Assembly (NCBI GenBank): GCA_964484865.1
Contig: CAZAFG010000002.1
Span: 1 to 50,749, forward strand
Direction of reading: 5' to 3'
DNA: 50,749 nucleotides
Source: an uncultured Candidatus Saccharibacteria bacterium
GTDB taxonomy: Bacteria > Patescibacteriota > Minisyncoccia > Phycocordibacterales > UBA9973
The translations under genes and the position numbers were made by a program. Shown piece after piece: positions 17,560 through 25,746 of this stretch. The notes beneath the pieces are model-generated. The model did not search any database. It was not told the origin of the DNA and worked only from the letters and a program-made list of their open reading frames with translations. Position 1 is the first letter of the stretch, and each line of letters starts with the position of its first letter.

Positions 17560-20500
17560 TTAATCTCCATTCAACACATCTCTTGTCATTGGCCCTACCA
17601 CAGCATCAGGCTTTAGCTCATGAGTGCTTTGGAACTTCTTGAGCGCTTGGATGGTAAGATTGCCGAATTTATTAGTTTCATTACCTAGTGAACCAATGCC
17701 ACTTGTGGCTAGTGGAAAACCATGAGTATTTAAATACTTTTGAAGTTCTTTCACCTCGACATCAACCATGGGTGCCCAGAGATTTTTTGTGAAAATAAAT
17801 TTATTTGGATTTGGATTATTATGAATTTCAAAATTACTTGTTCCACATGGTGCTCCAGTTAAATTGCTAAATAGTGCTCCACTTGTGCATGGTGCTAGAG
17901 AGTTTATTGGAATAACTACTGAAATATTTTGTGGTTTTAATACTCTTCGAGTGGACCCAGAAGAAGAACGAGCTTGTACTTCCGGCTCAGCTTCTTCTAC
18001 TACTCTATTAAAATAAACAACAAAAACATCGTATGAATTGTTTGTATCGTCAGACACTAATCCTTCCACACCTCCATTACTAAAATCAAAAGAAATATAT
18101 TGATTATCTTCTGAAATTGACGGACGGGATTGTACTTGATTACTATTAGAAATTTGATTACCATCGTCATCAACAGAAACTCTAACTACGGTTTCCGTAT
18201 CTCTATCATATAAGAACACATCTATCAGAGCATTTGTGTCATTATCTACTAAGTTAGTCGCTTGGGAAGAATAAGCGATATACCTACCATCTGAAGATAT
18301 TGTTGGGTAATATGATTGAGTGTCTCCTTCTGAGCCTTCATTGTCAACTGATATACGAGTAGTTGTGCCCAAAGTTATATCACGAATAAAAATATCTTCT
18401 GACCCATTGGTATCACCTGACACTAAATTTGAAGCTTCTGACCTAAATACTACAAAATTACCGTCAGCAGAAATAATGGGATCTGTAGAAGTACTATCTC
18501 CTTCAACTTCACTAGAGTCTACTGATATACGCATAGTTGTCCCGAGTTCAATATCGCGAAGAAAAACATCCCTAGATCCATTTGTATCTCCTGCTATCAA
18601 ATTTGTCGAGGTTGAAGAAAAAACAACTAAATTATTATCAGAAGGCATAGATTGAATATCTCCATCGGAACCATTATCTCCTTCTACTTCATCTGAGGAA
18701 ACAGATATACGAGTAGTAGTGCCTAGAGCTATATCACGCATGAAGATATCAGCACTGCCATTTGTATCACCAGCAACTAAATTTGCCGCATCTGATACAA
18801 AAGTAATAAAATTTCCATCCGAAGATATATAAGGACTATATGAATCACTATCTCCCTCAACTTCATTACTATCTACAGATATTCGTGAAGTTGCTCCTAA
18901 AGCAATGTCGCGAAGAAAAACATCTTGAAATCCATTTGTGTCACCTGCAACTAAATTCGTTGCATAAGAAGTAAAAACAACATAGTTTCCATTAGCTGAG
19001 ATTATTGGATATCCTGAACTTCCATTTCCCTCAGCTTCTGCACTACTTACTGATATTCGCTCAATAGTATCGGTATCCCTATCATAGACAAAAATATCTT
19101 GCTCATTATTAGTATCACTTGCTACTAAATTAGTAGCATATGATTGGAAAGCAACATATCTACCAGCAGAAGATATTGAACTATAATTCGAATCAGAATC
19201 CCCCTCTACTCCCAGATCAGATATAGAAACTCTCTCAATTCCATCATGTACAGATGAACCAATTGTAAAATTCCAAGTTGTCGTATCTGCAATTCCAGCA
19301 AAAGAGTTTCCAGAATTATCTTCAAAAGCTCCAGCATCTATTTGTACATAATAAGCAGTTGCTAAACCTAAATTAGAACTAGGATTAATCGTTACATCTG
19401 TACCACTAACTTCTACTAAGCCACCGTCTGTAACATCTATCGTCTGTACGATAGAGTTATCAGAAGATTTTTTAATTAAAATATTACCAACTCCAGCAAC
19501 TACATTTTCATTAAAAGTTATAAGTAAATTACTATTAGCTGAGACACCTTCTGCGCCATCTGTAGGTGTTAAGGTACTTACAGTGGGAGGAGTTCCATCT
19601 GTTGTAAAATTCCAAGTTGTCGTATCTGCAATTCCAACAAAAGAGTTTCCAAATAAATCATCAAAGGCAGTTGCATCTATTTGCACATAATAAGAAATAC
19701 CAGGTTCTAAATCAGAACTCGGATTTATTTGAAAAGTAGTTTGACCTCCAAGTATTACTTGTCCACTTTCTACATCTATAGCTTCAACGACAGAATCATC
19801 CGAAGACTTTTTAATTGTAATATTCCCTGTACCAACCTTCATTATTTCACTAAAAGTAATATTTAAATTAGTACTTGGAAGCACATCTACTTGCCCGTCA
19901 GATGGATAAAGGCCTGAAATTGTAGGTATTACAGCATCTATCGCATCATATTTATATACCAACGCATCTGTTGCATCAGTAATCCAAAAAAAGTTATTGT
20001 AATAAGTAATTCCTATAGGAGTGGCATTTCCGCTGGCATTTGTATCAAAACTAAAATTAGTTTTTGTGCCACTAGGATAATACATATATACTTCTCTATT
20101 GATGTCATCGGCAATCCAAAAATAACCATTATAAGAAACTATTCCTTCAGGGCCATTATTGCTATTACTTGATGTATCAAAATGAACCCCTGTGTAAGTA
20201 CCATCAGGGTTGTATCTATAAACTTCTGCATCATTCCAATCAGTAATCCATAAAAAATCATTATAAGTAGCTATTCCTGAAGGTAAATCGCTACCACTTC
20301 CTGCTGTATCAAAAGAAGTCCCAGTATAAGTACCGTCTGGGTTGTATTTATAAACTTCTAAATCTGCATAATCAGTTATCCAAAAAAAATCATTGTAAGC
20401 AGTGATTCCTAGCGGATCATTATTCCCACTACCTGCTGTATCGAAAGAGAAGCTTGCGTATGTACCATCTGGGTTGTACTTATAAACTTCTGCGTCAACG

Positions 20501-20685
20501 CCATCTATTACCCAGAAAAAATTATTATAAGCAGTTATGCCGGTCGGATAATCGTTGCCACTTCCAGAAGTACTAAAAGAAACACCTGTATAATCACCAA
20601 AAGCTGCAAAAGAATTTTTTGGGAAATAAAATCCGACTCCCAATATACCTATCAAAGTCAGTACAAATATGCCTTTCTTAAACAT
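17560..20685 (-). CDS. giant secreted surface protein: N-terminal NHL/YWTD-like propeller, two Ig-like domains, seven-blade PD40/TolB-like propeller, C-terminal PG-binding domain
   Basis: Start moved from TTG 20712 to ATG 20685 (MFKKGIFVLTLIGILGVGFYFPKNSFA signal peptide), because a promoter lies inside the TTG extension. The C-terminus VKELQKYLNTHGFPLATSGIGSLGNETNKFGNLTIQALKKFQ is nearly identical to that of the 12959-15547 gene. Confidence 0.85.
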   Translation of the reverse strand: MFKKGIFVLTLIGILGVGFYFPKNSFAAFGDYTGVSFSTSGSGNDYPTGITAYNNFFWVIDGVDAEVYKYNPDGTYASFSFDTAGSGNNDPLGITAYNDFFWITDYADLEVYKYNPDGTYTGTSFDTAGSGSDLPSGIATYNDFLWITDWNDAEVYRYNPDGTYTGVHFDTSSNSNNGPEGIVSYNGYFWIADDINREVYMYYPSGTKTNFSFDTNASGNATPIGITYYNNFFWITDATDALVYKYDAIDAVIPTISGLYPSDGQVDVLPSTNLNITFSEIMKVGTGNITIKKSSDDSVVEAIDVESGQVILGGQTTFQINPSSDLEPGISYYVQIDATAFDDLFGNSFVGIADTTTWNFTTDGTPPTVSTLTPTDGAEGVSANSNLLITFNENVVAGVGNILIKKSSDNSIVQTIDVTDGGLVEVSGTDVTINPSSNLGLATAYYVQIDAGAFEDNSGNSFAGIADTTTWNFTIGSSVHDGIERVSISDLGVEGDSDSNYSSISSAGRYVAFQSYATNLVASDTNNEQDIFVYDRDTDTIERISVSSAEAEGNGSSGYPIISANGNYVVFTSYATNLVAGDTNGFQDVFLRDIALGATSRISVDSNEVEGDSDSYSPYISSDGNFITFVSDAANLVAGDTNGSADIFMRDIALGTTTRISVSSDEVEGDNGSDGDIQSMPSDNNLVVFSSTSTNLIAGDTNGSRDVFLRDIELGTTMRISVDSSEVEGDSTSTDPIISADGNFVVFRSEASNLVSGDTNGSEDIFIRDITLGTTTRISVDNEGSEGDTQSYYPTISSDGRYIAYSSQATNLVDNDTNALIDVFLYDRDTETVVRVSVDDDGNQISNSNQVQSRPSISEDNQYISFDFSNGGVEGLVSDDTNNSYDVFVVYFNRVVEEAEPEVQARSSSGSTRRVLKPQNISVVIPINSLAPCTSGALFSNLTGAPCGTSNFEIHNNPNPNKFIFTKNLWAPMVDVEVKELQKYLNTHGFPLATSGIGSLGNETNKFGNLTIQALKKFQSTHELKPDAVVGPMTRDVLNGD
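18034..19236 (-). repeat. seven roughly 57-aa coding repeats (PD40/TolB-like propeller blades)
   Basis: Units take the form .R(I/V)SV.S.E.EGD..S..P.IS.DG.(F/Y)V.F.S.A.NLV.GDTNG..D(I/V)F(L/I)RD...G.T, repeated seven times. Borders are approximate. Confidence 0.75.
19945..20595 (-). repeat. five 44-aa coding repeats (NHL/YWTD-like blades)
   Basis: P.GIT.YN.FFWITD..D.EVYKYNPDGTY.G.SFDT. Trp falls at aa 67, 111, 155, 199 and 243 in track ORF numbering, a period of 44. Confidence 0.75.
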
Positions 20686-20691
20686 GAGGAT

Positions 20692-20700
20692 ATTATAACA
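20692..20700 (-). promoter_or_regulatory. extended -10 promoter TGTTATAAT, 6 nt upstream of the ATG at 20685
   Basis: Minus strand reads TGT TATAAT ATCCTC ATG. Confidence 0.55.
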
Positions 20701-20714
20701 AAAAAAACCCAAAA

Positions 20715-20939
20715 TTACACCAATTTCTTGAGTTCTTCCTTGTATTTCTCCATTACCTGCATGCCGGCTTGCATTTGATCCATACCCGCTTTGGTTTTCT
20801 CGCCAATCTCTACAGTAATCTTCTTGAAAAGAAGAGGATCCTTCTCCATCATAGTGATAATCATATCTATCTGAGCTTGTGGCACTCCCTGAGTGCGAAG
20901 CATCTTTTTAAGTAAAAAATTTTTAAACATGTCTGACAT
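20715..20939 (-). CDS. hypothetical small Met/Lys-rich protein (74 aa)
   Basis: Intact ATG ORF, tightly packed between a 38-aa ORF (9-nt gap) and the giant surface gene. No family recognised. Confidence 0.55.
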   Translation of the reverse strand: MSDMFKNFLLKKMLRTQGVPQAQIDMIITMMEKDPLLFKKITVEIGEKTKAGMDQMQAGMQVMEKYKEELKKLV

Positions 20940-20948
20940 TATAACTTC

Positions 20949-21065
20949 TTATTCCAGAATTTCAAAATCCTCTTGAGTTCCTTCTGGTGCCTTGTGTTGT
21001 CGTATAAAATAGAGAGCTATACTGCCAACTAAGATCAAGACCACTAGAGAGAGGATATAAATCAT
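20949..21065 (-). CDS. unannotated 38-aa single-TM micro-protein (MIYILSLVVLILVGSIALYFIRQHKAPEGTQEDFEILE)
   Basis: Below the ORF-track length cutoff. It has a perfect TGGTATAAT-6-ATG leaderless promoter architecture. A hydrophobic helix is followed by an acidic tail. Its stop lies 9 nt before the 74-aa ORF. Confidence 0.45.
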   Translation of the reverse strand: MIYILSLVVLILVGSIALYFIRQHKAPEGTQEDFEILE

Positions 21066-21073
21066 GTTACAAT
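21065..21073 (+). promoter_or_regulatory. extended -10 promoter TGTTACAAT, 6 nt upstream of the kinase ATG (21080)
   Basis: Plus strand reads TGT TACAAT TATACC ATG. Its hexamer overlaps the divergent minus-strand hexamer by 2 bp. Confidence 0.5.
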
Positions 21074-21080
21074 TATACCA
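21072..21080 (-). promoter_or_regulatory. extended -10 promoter TGGTATAAT, 6 nt upstream of the 38-aa ORF ATG (21065)
   Basis: Minus strand reads TGG TATAAT TGTAAC ATG. Confidence 0.5.
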
Positions 21081-22081
21081 TGTCAAAAATAGATTTCTTA
21101 GCCATCGGGGACACTGTGATAGATGCTTTTATAAAATTAACTGACGCTGACCATGCTGATATTCGAGGAACATCCGGTCATGAAGATTATAAAATATGCC
21201 TACCTTTTGCGGATAAAATTCCCTATGAAGAAGTGTATGTACTAAATGCTGTCGGCAACGCTGCCAACGCTGCAGTTTCTGCATCCAGGCTTGGACTGAA
21301 AACTGCTTTAGTTTCCAATTTAGGAAGTGATTCAAACGGTAAGGACTGTTTAAAGTCTTTAAAGAAAGATGGAGTAAGTACTAAGTTTGTAAAAATTAAT
21401 AAAGGAATAAAGACCAATTATCACTATGTCTTATGGTATAAAACTGAACGAACAATTTTAATCAAACACGAAAAGTATCCATACACTTTGCCAAAGATTG
21501 GTGAACCGAAATGGATTTATTTTAGTTCGGTCTCCGCAACTGCTTATCCATTTCACGACATTGTGGCAGAATATTTAGAAAAACACCCAAATATAAAACT
21601 TGCTTTTCAACCAGGTAAAAATGAAATTAAACTTGGGAAAGAAAAACTATCAAGACTTTACGCTCGTTCTGATATATTTTTTTGCAATGTAGAGGAGGCA
21701 CGAACAATTTTAGATAAACAAAATGCAGATATTTTAGAATTATCCCGTGGACTATCAGAATTTGGTCCAAAAATAGTTTCTATTTCTGACGGGCCAAATG
21801 GTGCATATATGTATGTAAGTGGTGAACTCTGGCAAATACCTTTATATCCAGACATAGCTCCGCCAGTAGAGAGAACTGGAGCTGGGGATGCTTTTGCTTC
21901 GACCATCACTTGTGCGATAGCATCTGGATTATCCCCTATTGAAGCTTTGACTTGGGGGCCGATAAATTCAATGTCAGTAGTACAAGGGATCGGTGCTCAA
22001 AAAGGACTACTTTCTAGAAGTGCATTAGAAGAATACCTAGCCAAAGCACCTCTAAACTACAAACCTAAGAAAATAAATTAG
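21080..22081 (+). CDS. PfkB-family carbohydrate kinase (ribokinase-like)
   Basis: 333 aa. N-terminal FLAIGDTVIDAF, a C-terminal TGAGDAFASTI anion-hole/ATP motif, and a ribokinase-fold pattern. Confidence 0.85.
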   Translation: MSKIDFLAIGDTVIDAFIKLTDADHADIRGTSGHEDYKICLPFADKIPYEEVYVLNAVGNAANAAVSASRLGLKTALVSNLGSDSNGKDCLKSLKKDGVSTKFVKINKGIKTNYHYVLWYKTERTILIKHEKYPYTLPKIGEPKWIYFSSVSATAYPFHDIVAEYLEKHPNIKLAFQPGKNEIKLGKEKLSRLYARSDIFFCNVEEARTILDKQNADILELSRGLSEFGPKIVSISDGPNGAYMYVSGELWQIPLYPDIAPPVERTGAGDAFASTITCAIASGLSPIEALTWGPINSMSVVQGIGAQKGLLSRSALEEYLAKAPLNYKPKKIN

Positions 22082-23076
22082 ATTTTTCTATTTAGAACTT
22101 TTTTCACTGCTTCTTTAATAGCATATTTACCCATACCATAGTATTCTACTAGTTCTTTGGGTGTGCCGGATTGACCAAATTTATTTTGAACTCCGATAAA
22201 TTCTACAGGTACGGGAAAGTTTTGAGCAAGCACCTCGGAAACAGCAGAACCCATGCCTCCATGGACTTGATGCTCTTCTACAGTCACGACTGCTTTAGTT
22301 TCTTTTGCAAGTGCAATAAGCGCACCTTGATCTATGGGGTTTATCGCAGAGAGATTCATAACTTTAGTTTTTATTCCCTCAGCTTCTAACTCTTTGGCTG
22401 CAAGAAGAGCATTGTAAGCAAGTCCTCCAGTAACCACTATACCGACATCCGCCATGCCGACATCTGGTAACCAATATACTTGTGCTTTGCCAATTTCAAA
22501 TGGAGTTTCTTCTGTTGTAATGATTGGAGTTTTTTCACGAGCCAAACGAATATAGGCTGGAGTTTTTGTTTTTGCGAGTGCTAAAGTTGCCTTCCTCGCT
22601 TCAAGTGCATCGCATGGAGAAATAACATCCATATTTGGAATTACTCTCATGAGTGCCATGTCTTCAAGAGCTTGGTGGGTACCTCCATCAGGGCCAACTG
22701 AAATTCCTGCGTGTGAACCAACGATCACAACCTTCCTATCGTTATAAGCAATCGTTGTACGAATTTGTTCCCAGTTTCTACCTGGAGAAAACATGGCATA
22801 GCTAGAGCAAAATGGAATCTTACCCATAGCACTCATGCCCGAAGCAACTGTCACCAAGTTCTGCTCAGCGACGCCTATCTCCACAAACCGTTCCGGAAAT
22901 TTTTCGCGAAACAAATGCATCTGAGTCGACTCAGTCAGGTCAGCACAAAGAGCCACGACATTTTTGTCCGCCTCTCCTGCTTTCAACAACCCTTCACCAA
23001 AACCTTTACGAATCGGTGACTCTTCGCAGTCCGCACTAAACAATTTTGGATTTAATTTTAATTCTGGATTAAGCAT
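22078..23076 (-). CDS. transketolase, C-terminal (pyrimidine-binding) subunit
   Basis: 332 aa. RKGFGEGLLKAGE, FVEIGVAEQNLV, GSHAGISVGPDGGTHQALEDMALMR. Confidence 0.93.
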   Translation of the reverse strand: MLNPELKLNPKLFSADCEESPIRKGFGEGLLKAGEADKNVVALCADLTESTQMHLFREKFPERFVEIGVAEQNLVTVASGMSAMGKIPFCSSYAMFSPGRNWEQIRTTIAYNDRKVVIVGSHAGISVGPDGGTHQALEDMALMRVIPNMDVISPCDALEARKATLALAKTKTPAYIRLAREKTPIITTEETPFEIGKAQVYWLPDVGMADVGIVVTGGLAYNALLAAKELEAEGIKTKVMNLSAINPIDQGALIALAKETKAVVTVEEHQVHGGMGSAVSEVLAQNFPVPVEFIGVQNKFGQSGTPKELVEYYGMGKYAIKEAVKKVLNRKI

Positions 23077-23077
23077 T

Positions 23078-23983
23078 TTATTGGTGCTCGCTTCTAATTT
23101 TTCCTTCTAAGGTTCGTAGTTCATTAAGCGCGATTTTTACTTGCTCTTCTTTGGGTGGATCACCAGCGACATCTTTCTTACCAAGCGGGTCACCATGCCA
23201 ACGAAAATCTCGCTCTGCAAAGTGAACGCCCTTCCCAGGAATCGTATGAGCTATTATGACAACCGGTTTTTCATAAATCGCATGCGCTTCTTCGATGGCT
23301 TGATACAGAGCTTGAAAATCATGCCCGCCTACAGATATCACATGCCAATTAAATGCACTCCATTTATCTACCAAAGGTTCGAGAGGCATGATATCTTCAG
23401 TATAGCCATCAATCTGAATGTTATTTCTATCTACTATTGCAATCAAATTTCGAAGTTTATGTTTCCCTGCAAGCATCATGGCTTCCCAAGTATTACCTTC
23501 GTTGTGCTCACCATCACTCATCATAGCGTAAATAAATCTATCTTTATCTCTACCATCCATTTTATCAGAGATAGCCATCCCTACTGCTTGTGAAAGTCCT
23601 GAACCAAGAGGCCCTGAAGAATTTTCAAGCCAAGGCATATACTCTCTATGTGGATGACCTTGGAGTCGAGAACCGAATTTACGGAGAGTTTTAAGTTCTT
23701 CAAGCGGCATATAGCCAGCATGAGCCATAGTTGCATAAAGCACTGGAGCGATATGCCCATTGGAAAGTACTAACCGATCGCGCTCTTCCCAACTCGGATT
23801 TTTAGGATCATGTTTAAGTACATGGAAATATAGTAAGGTAAAAATATCTGCCATTCCGAGTGGTCCTGCCGTGTGTCCGCTTCCCGCTTCAGTCAACATC
23901 TGAATTATTGACTCACGGATTTGGGTAGCTTTGAGTTCTAAATTTTTTACAGTATCATCTGATAGCATTTTGGTATTATCCAA
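23078..23983 (-). CDS. transketolase, N-terminal (TPP-binding) subunit
   Basis: 301 aa. GSGHTAGPLGMADIF, LSNGHIAPVLYA, GPLGSGLSQAVGMA, MSDGEHNEGNTWEA. The track start is a TTG at 23983. An ATG at 23968 (MLSDD...) is an alternative. Confidence 0.93.
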   Translation of the reverse strand: MDNTKMLSDDTVKNLELKATQIRESIIQMLTEAGSGHTAGPLGMADIFTLLYFHVLKHDPKNPSWEERDRLVLSNGHIAPVLYATMAHAGYMPLEELKTLRKFGSRLQGHPHREYMPWLENSSGPLGSGLSQAVGMAISDKMDGRDKDRFIYAMMSDGEHNEGNTWEAMMLAGKHKLRNLIAIVDRNNIQIDGYTEDIMPLEPLVDKWSAFNWHVISVGGHDFQALYQAIEEAHAIYEKPVVIIAHTIPGKGVHFAERDFRWHGDPLGKKDVAGDPPKEEQVKIALNELRTLEGKIRSEHQ

Positions 23984-24674
23984 GTTGTTTAAACTCTTCT
24001 ATACTATCTATTATATCAGTTGTATTAAATATTGCCGAGCCTACTACTAGTCTTGTCGCTCCAGCATCGATGAGTTGCACTCCATTTTCCAAATTCACTC
24101 CACCATCAACAGCTATTTCTAAATCTGGAAATTTTTCTTTTAAATTTTTTATATACTCTAATGCTTTATCACTAAAATCTTCACCCTGAAAACCTACTTT
24201 TTCTATACCCATGACTTGCACAAAATCTGCACTGTTTACCAAAGGATAAATTTGCTCAATGGAAGTAGAGAGACCAATAGAAATACCCATCTCGATACTG
24301 TCTCGAATATATACATCAATACCTTCTAAAAAATCTTTAAATTCTTCCAAGTTTCCAACAGTTTCAATATGAAAAATAATTCGCCTTGGTGAGAGCTTGG
24401 TGTAAACATCAAAGTTAGTCACCGCGTCGGATACCATAAGATCAAGCTCAAAATCTAAATCCTCCCAAAAAGGCATACCTTCTTGTTCGTTGATAATTCT
24501 TTGAAAATAAAAATCGTCACCTCCACCAGTTGAAAATGGCCAAGTAGTATTTGGCACGAAAATACCATCACAAAGATCTATCTGCACTAGTGGTGCGTGA
24601 CCACGAACAAGAGCAATCTTGTCTTTCATGTCTTCGTAATTTTTCGGAAGTATTGCGGGAATAATTTCAGCCAT
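23976..24674 (-). CDS. ribulose-phosphate 3-epimerase family protein (divergent)
   Basis: 232 aa TIM-barrel pattern: IIPAIL, VQIDLCDGIFVPN, ELDLMV, VQVMG...GFQGE, IAVDGGVN, VVGSAIF. The two canonical metal-binding His positions appear substituted (see findings). Confidence 0.7.
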   Translation of the reverse strand: MAEIIPAILPKNYEDMKDKIALVRGHAPLVQIDLCDGIFVPNTTWPFSTGGGDDFYFQRIINEQEGMPFWEDLDFELDLMVSDAVTNFDVYTKLSPRRIIFHIETVGNLEEFKDFLEGIDVYIRDSIEMGISIGLSTSIEQIYPLVNSADFVQVMGIEKVGFQGEDFSDKALEYIKNLKEKFPDLEIAVDGGVNLENGVQLIDAGATRLVVGSAIFNTTDIIDSIEEFKQLG

Positions 24675-24678
24675 AATT

Positions 24679-25170
24679 TTACTTAGGTTCTAGTTTATCT
24701 AGTCGACGCAAATGTCTTTCGGCCTGCGAGAAAGGAGTGGCTAGGAAAAGTTCTATCGCAAACTTGGCTTCATCAAGAGTTACAAACCGAGCTCCAACAG
24801 AAAGAATGTTTGCATTATTGTGTTCCCGTCCCAATTTTATCATTTGAAAAGTTTCACTGGTCATCTCTCCACCAGGTGCAGGTTCCATATCTTCTTGTCC
24901 ATAAAAAACTACTGCGCGCGCGCCAGAGACTTTATTCGCACACATAGCTTCACCTTGACCAGAACCACCAAGAACAATTCCGAAACTTCCGTGATTTTCA
25001 GCAACAGCCAGCGCCACAGGATACACAAAATCCGGATAGTCGTCATCCTCCTTATATTCAAAAGCCCCTTTATCTGTTACCTCATATCCCAATTCCAAAC
25101 CTGCTAGATATTCAATCAGCTTCTCCTTCATCTCATATCCCGCATGATCCGATCCAATAAAAATTTTCAT
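24679..25170 (-). CDS. rpiB: ribose-5-phosphate isomerase B
   Basis: 163 aa. MKIFIGSDHAGYEMKEKL, LGGSGQGEAMCANKV.GARA. Confidence 0.9.
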   Translation of the reverse strand: MKIFIGSDHAGYEMKEKLIEYLAGLELGYEVTDKGAFEYKEDDDYPDFVYPVALAVAENHGSFGIVLGGSGQGEAMCANKVSGARAVVFYGQEDMEPAPGGEMTSETFQMIKLGREHNNANILSVGARFVTLDEAKFAIELFLATPFSQAERHLRRLDKLEPK

Positions 25171-25176
25171 GTATTT

Positions 25177-25185
25177 ATTATAACA
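25177..25185 (-). promoter_or_regulatory. extended -10 promoter TGTTATAAT, 6 nt upstream of the rpiB ATG
   Basis: Minus strand reads TGT TATAAT AAATAC ATG. Confidence 0.55.
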
Positions 25186-25206
25186 TACACCCCAAACACC
25201 ACATCA

Positions 25207-25746
25207 TTACGGGCAAATAAATTGAATAGGAAAAGAAAAATCAGAGAAAGTCCCATAACCCAATGGCCCGCTAATTTGTTTAGAGTTGCCGGCACTATCT
25301 ACACACCAGATATGATCACTAGAACCATCAGTTAAGGGCGAAGTTTTTAACCTAATCGCTGCCACCCAACTAGTAGGTGACGCACCGCAAAAAGATGAAT
25401 AAGAAGAGTTAGGAATTTTTATCCTACTCATGGCATGAGTAATGGCTTCACTAATTTTAGAATCATTTTTAAACAACAAGTTACCGTAGTACTGTACTGC
25501 ACCTGGGCAGGTCACTCCACTGATATCACCAGAAAGAGTGTAACTTTTATTTTTTTGAAAAAAAAGTTCAGCTTGAGTTTGGACTGCTTTCAAGTCCTGA
25601 ATTATTACAGAATCTGCTGTCTTATCTCGAGCACTACTGAGACTCAAAATAAGTATAGTCGATAAAATACCAATTATTGCAACTGCTACTAAAAGTTCGA
25701 TTAGAGTAAATCCATGTATAAATTTTATTTTATTATTTGATCGCAT
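25207..25746 (-). CDS. type IV pilin-like / pseudopilin protein (prepilin N-terminal methylation motif)
   Basis: Internal ATG at 25746 gives MRSNNKIKFIHGFTLIELLVAVAIIGILSTILI..., the classic G/FTLIELLV prepilin cleavage-methylation site. The longer track ORF (to 25842) would overlap gap by 110 nt. Confidence 0.85.
   Translation of the reverse strand: MRSNNKIKFIHGFTLIELLVAVAIIGILSTILILSLSSARDKTADSVIIQDLKAVQTQAELFFQKNKSYTLSGDISGVTCPGAVQYYGNLLFKNDSKISEAITHAMSRIKIPNSSYSSFCGASPTSWVAAIRLKTSPLTDGSSDHIWCVDSAGNSKQISGPLGYGTFSDFSFPIQFICP

Noticed and set aside
12959-20685. Diversity-generating retroelement targeting the surface proteins
   Set aside because: No reverse transcriptase ORF occurs in the window. 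I found no template/variable repeat pair with adenine-specific differences. The repeats are ordinary tandem or segmental duplications.
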